This document shows positions 1 to 1,812 of a stretch of 1,812 nt of DNA, piece after piece. Source of the DNA: Escherichia coli (GTDB lineage Bacteria; Pseudomonadota; Gammaproteobacteria; Enterobacterales; Enterobacteriaceae); the NCBI RefSeq assembly GCF_003334255.1, contig NZ_QOWU01000148.1; one strand, written 5' to 3'. Numbering within the stretch: the stretch's first letter is position 1; every line of letters begins with the position of its first letter. A model generated the notes under the pieces. That model was not told where the DNA came from. It did not search any database and saw nothing but the letters and a program-made list of their open reading frames with translations. A program made the translations under genes and the position numbers.

Positions 1-1
1 G

Positions 2-1812
2 AAGCACAAACGCGAGAATCCGCCCACGGTGGTATCGGAAGCCATGGCAGAACTTCGCGCCCTGCCCTCGTTTCTTGCCAGTCCGCTCATCCGGGACCTG
101 GCTCGCCTGAGCCGCAAACAGGAGAGCGCACGCCGGGAAGGGCTTAAGAATAACAGCGCATATGCGGCGGATAACTTCGTTCGTCATGGGCTGCGTGCCC
201 GCCTGAAACGTATCGCCCGTGTGAATGAACGCTTTGCCACCCCGGCCTTTAAGGCCACCGCCGCCCGCGAACGGCTGGATGAACTGCTTATACTGCCGCA
301 GCTGAGCCGTGACGAAATCCAGCACCTTGCCACCCTGACCGCCACCGCGTTTTCCGCCGCACTGGAGCGCGCATGTGATGAGATCATCGAAAAGACCGGC
401 AGGGGTGACGATGACCTGTTCACCTGGTTACTGACCTACCAGTCACTGGCACACATGGCGTTAAAACTGGGTATCACGCCACCCTGCTGGCCGTCGCTGG
501 AAATCAGGCCAGACCGCCGCACCGCCCCCAACCCGGAACGGGTGCCGGGTGCGGTCATGCGCCTTTCCTGTGCGACATGGTGGAACAGTCAGTTAAGACA
601 CCTCCGGGACATCTGGCGTGAAGAGCTGTTACGCGCCGCAGGTCTGGTGTCACGTAAGACATCGGTATATATCAGCCATGAAGCGTTACTGGACTGGCGC
701 GAAAAACGCCAGCGCACCCGCGATTTTCTGAAGGCCTGGGACATCGAGAACGAAGAGGGAGAACGGTTCAGCCTTGAGGATATCTACTGGGCAGGTCTCT
801 CTAATCCGCGTAACCGCCGTAACGAGATGATGACCTGCGCCCGGGGAATGGAGCAGGTCGCCGAAGCACGCGGCGACGTGGCGTTTTTCGTCACCGTCAC
901 AGCCCCTTCCCGTTTTCACAGCGTGAACGATGACGGCAGTCTGAACCCGAAATACTGCGGGGCAACGGTACGCGATGCCAGTGATTATCTGGTTTACCGC
1001 TTTTTCGCCGCCGTCCGCAGGGCCATCGACAAGGCCGGGCTGGGCTGGTACGGCGTGCGCACAGTGGAGCCCCACCACGACGGTACACCGCACTGGCACA
1101 TGCTGGTATTCACCAGCCAGGAAAACGAAGCCCGTATCACTGAAATCATGCGCAACGCCGCCATCAGGGAGGACCGCGCAGAGCTGGGTGATGATATCTC
1201 CCCGCGTTTTAAATGCGAAAAAATCGACCCGGCAAAAGGCACACCGACAAGCTATATCGCGACCTATATCGGTAAGAACCTGGACGCCAGCGCCTTCATG
1301 GGAAATGACCCGAAAACCGGCAAACCTTACATCGATAAGGAATCAGGCAAAACCATGGCCGAAACCGTGGAGAACGCCATCGGCTGGGCAGGCCTTCACC
1401 GCATCCACCAGTTCCAGTTCTTCGGTATCCCGCCCCGCCAGGTATGGCGCGAACTCCGCCGCCTTGCCGGGCAGATGGCCCGTAACCCGACTGCCCCACA
1501 GCGTCTGGACCATGACGACATTGACGCCATACTGGCCGCCGCCGACGTGGGATGTTTTGCCACCTATATCACCCGCCAGGGTGGTGTGCTCATTCCCCGC
1601 AACACGTACCTGGTCCGCACCGCATACGAAACTGCCGAAGAGGCCAACGACTACGGCGAATTCCCGCAACGCATTTACGGCGTCCGCGCCCCGTTACTCG
1701 GGGAGCGCTACACCATATGCACCCACCCGGACACCTGGAAACTGGTCAGAAAAGAAGCGAAAGCCGACAACAGCACGGACGAGGATTTTGACGTTGGGGG
1801 CGGCTTCGCCGC
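2..1812 (+). CDS. Replication initiation protein, rolling-circle HUH nicking endonuclease of the phage P2 gpA / 186 A family ('replication endonuclease'); partial, open at the 3' end and probably at the 5' end
   Basis: Seen in sequence: frame 2 is open for 603 consecutive codons with no stop (manual translation begins KHKRENPPTVVSEAMAELRALP and ends TDEDFDVGGGFA). It contains, in canonical order, motif 1 FFVTVTAP (881-907), the HUH motif HWHMLVF (1091-1111) and the paired-tyrosine motif YIATYIGK (1253-1276). Every ORF in the supplied track overlaps this frame on the other strand or in another frame. Established knowledge: this motif order with a Y-x-x-x-Y catalytic pair is characteristic of superfamily I rolling-circle initiators (phiX174 gpA, P2 gpA). 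Inference: P2 gpA is ~760 aa with the catalytic tyrosines around residue 450 (from memory); the pair here is at window codons 418/422, so the true start is likely a few tens of codons upstream and the stop a few hundred nt downstream. An in-frame ATG at 44-46 is a possible but unproven start. Confidence 0.9.
1091..1111 (+). other. HUH metal-binding motif (His-hydrophobic-His followed by hydrophobic residues) within the replication initiator CDS
   Basis: Codons cac tgg cac atg ctg gta ttc translate to H-W-H-M-L-V-F in the CDS frame, preceded by EPHHDGTP. The position between motif 1 and the tyrosine motif matches the canonical layout of rolling-circle Rep proteins. Confidence 0.75.
1253..1267 (+). 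other. Paired catalytic tyrosine motif (Y-x-x-x-Y) of the rolling-circle initiator
   Basis: Codons tat atc gcg acc tat translate to Y-I-A-T-Y, followed by I-G-K-N. Two tyrosines separated by three residues and followed by a lysine two residues later match the phiX174 gpA / P2 gpA active-site arrangement (established knowledge; alignment not run). Confidence 0.7.

Noticed and set aside
184-423. Minus-strand ORF of 79 aa
   Set aside because: Antisense overlap with the main CDS; serine/arginine-rich low-complexity translation typical of a spurious frame.
664-672. AT-rich GTATATATC resembling a -10 promoter element
   Set aside because: It lies deep inside the coding sequence with no convincing -35 partner at appropriate spacing and no downstream ORF start that it would serve; most likely codon-driven.
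686-1099. Minus-strand ORF of 137 aa from the six-frame track
   Set aside because: Completely antisense to the motif-bearing + strand frame; long antisense ORFs are expected by chance in GC-rich coding DNA. The translation is Arg/Gly/Ala/Pro-rich with no recognisable motif.
897-1242. Minus-strand ORFs of 63 aa (897..1088) and 82 aa (994..1242)
   Set aside because: Both overlap each other and are antisense to the catalytic core of the + strand gene; short, Arg-rich and without supporting signal.
1334-1360. Possible Walker A / P-loop (ESGKTM) suggesting an ATPase or helicase domain
   Set aside because: The canonical G-x-x-x-x-G-K-[ST] pattern is not met: the residue five positions before GK is Ile, not Gly. 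P2-type initiators are not known to carry their own helicase domain.
1296-1499. Minus-strand ORF of 67 aa
   Set aside because: Antisense overlap with the main CDS; glycine/arginine-rich translation typical of a GC-rich antisense frame.
1343-1669. Minus-strand ORF of 108 aa
   Set aside because: Antisense overlap with the replication initiator CDS; no RBS context or motif noticed; composition typical of a GC-rich antisense frame.
160-1721. Two CATATG (NdeI) sites at 160-165 and 1716-1721, which could suggest engineered cloning junctions
   Set aside because: Both lie in frame within continuous natural-looking coding sequence (SAYAAD and YTICTH) with no vector-like flanks; simple chance occurrence.
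1552-1791. Plus-strand ORF of 79 aa in an alternative frame
   Set aside because: Out-of-frame overlap with the continuous frame-2 CDS; His/Pro/Arg-rich translation typical of an off-frame read of GC-rich coding sequence.

Overview
The whole 1812-bp window lies inside a single + strand reading frame (frame 2, positions 2..1812) with no stop codon, so the gene is truncated at the 3' end and probably also at the 5' end. The 603-codon translation carries the three ordered motifs of an HUH rolling-circle replication initiator: FFVTVTAP (881-907), HWHMLVF (1091-1111) and a paired-tyrosine YIATYIGK (1253-1276). I recognise this as the phage P2 gpA / phage 186 A 'replication endonuclease' family, which implies the window sits in a P2-like phage or prophage; this is from reading and memory, not a database search. 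GC content is high (about 60% in the first 60 nt counted by hand). All ORFs listed in the six-frame track are antisense or out-of-frame overlaps of this gene and I judge them spurious. I see no RNA gene, CRISPR array, mobile-element end or intergenic regulatory region. I cannot support a novel system inside this window; the most useful leads are that P2-family origins lie inside gene A, and that the region just downstream of A in P2-like phages is a known variable/defence cargo locus, which is outside the window.
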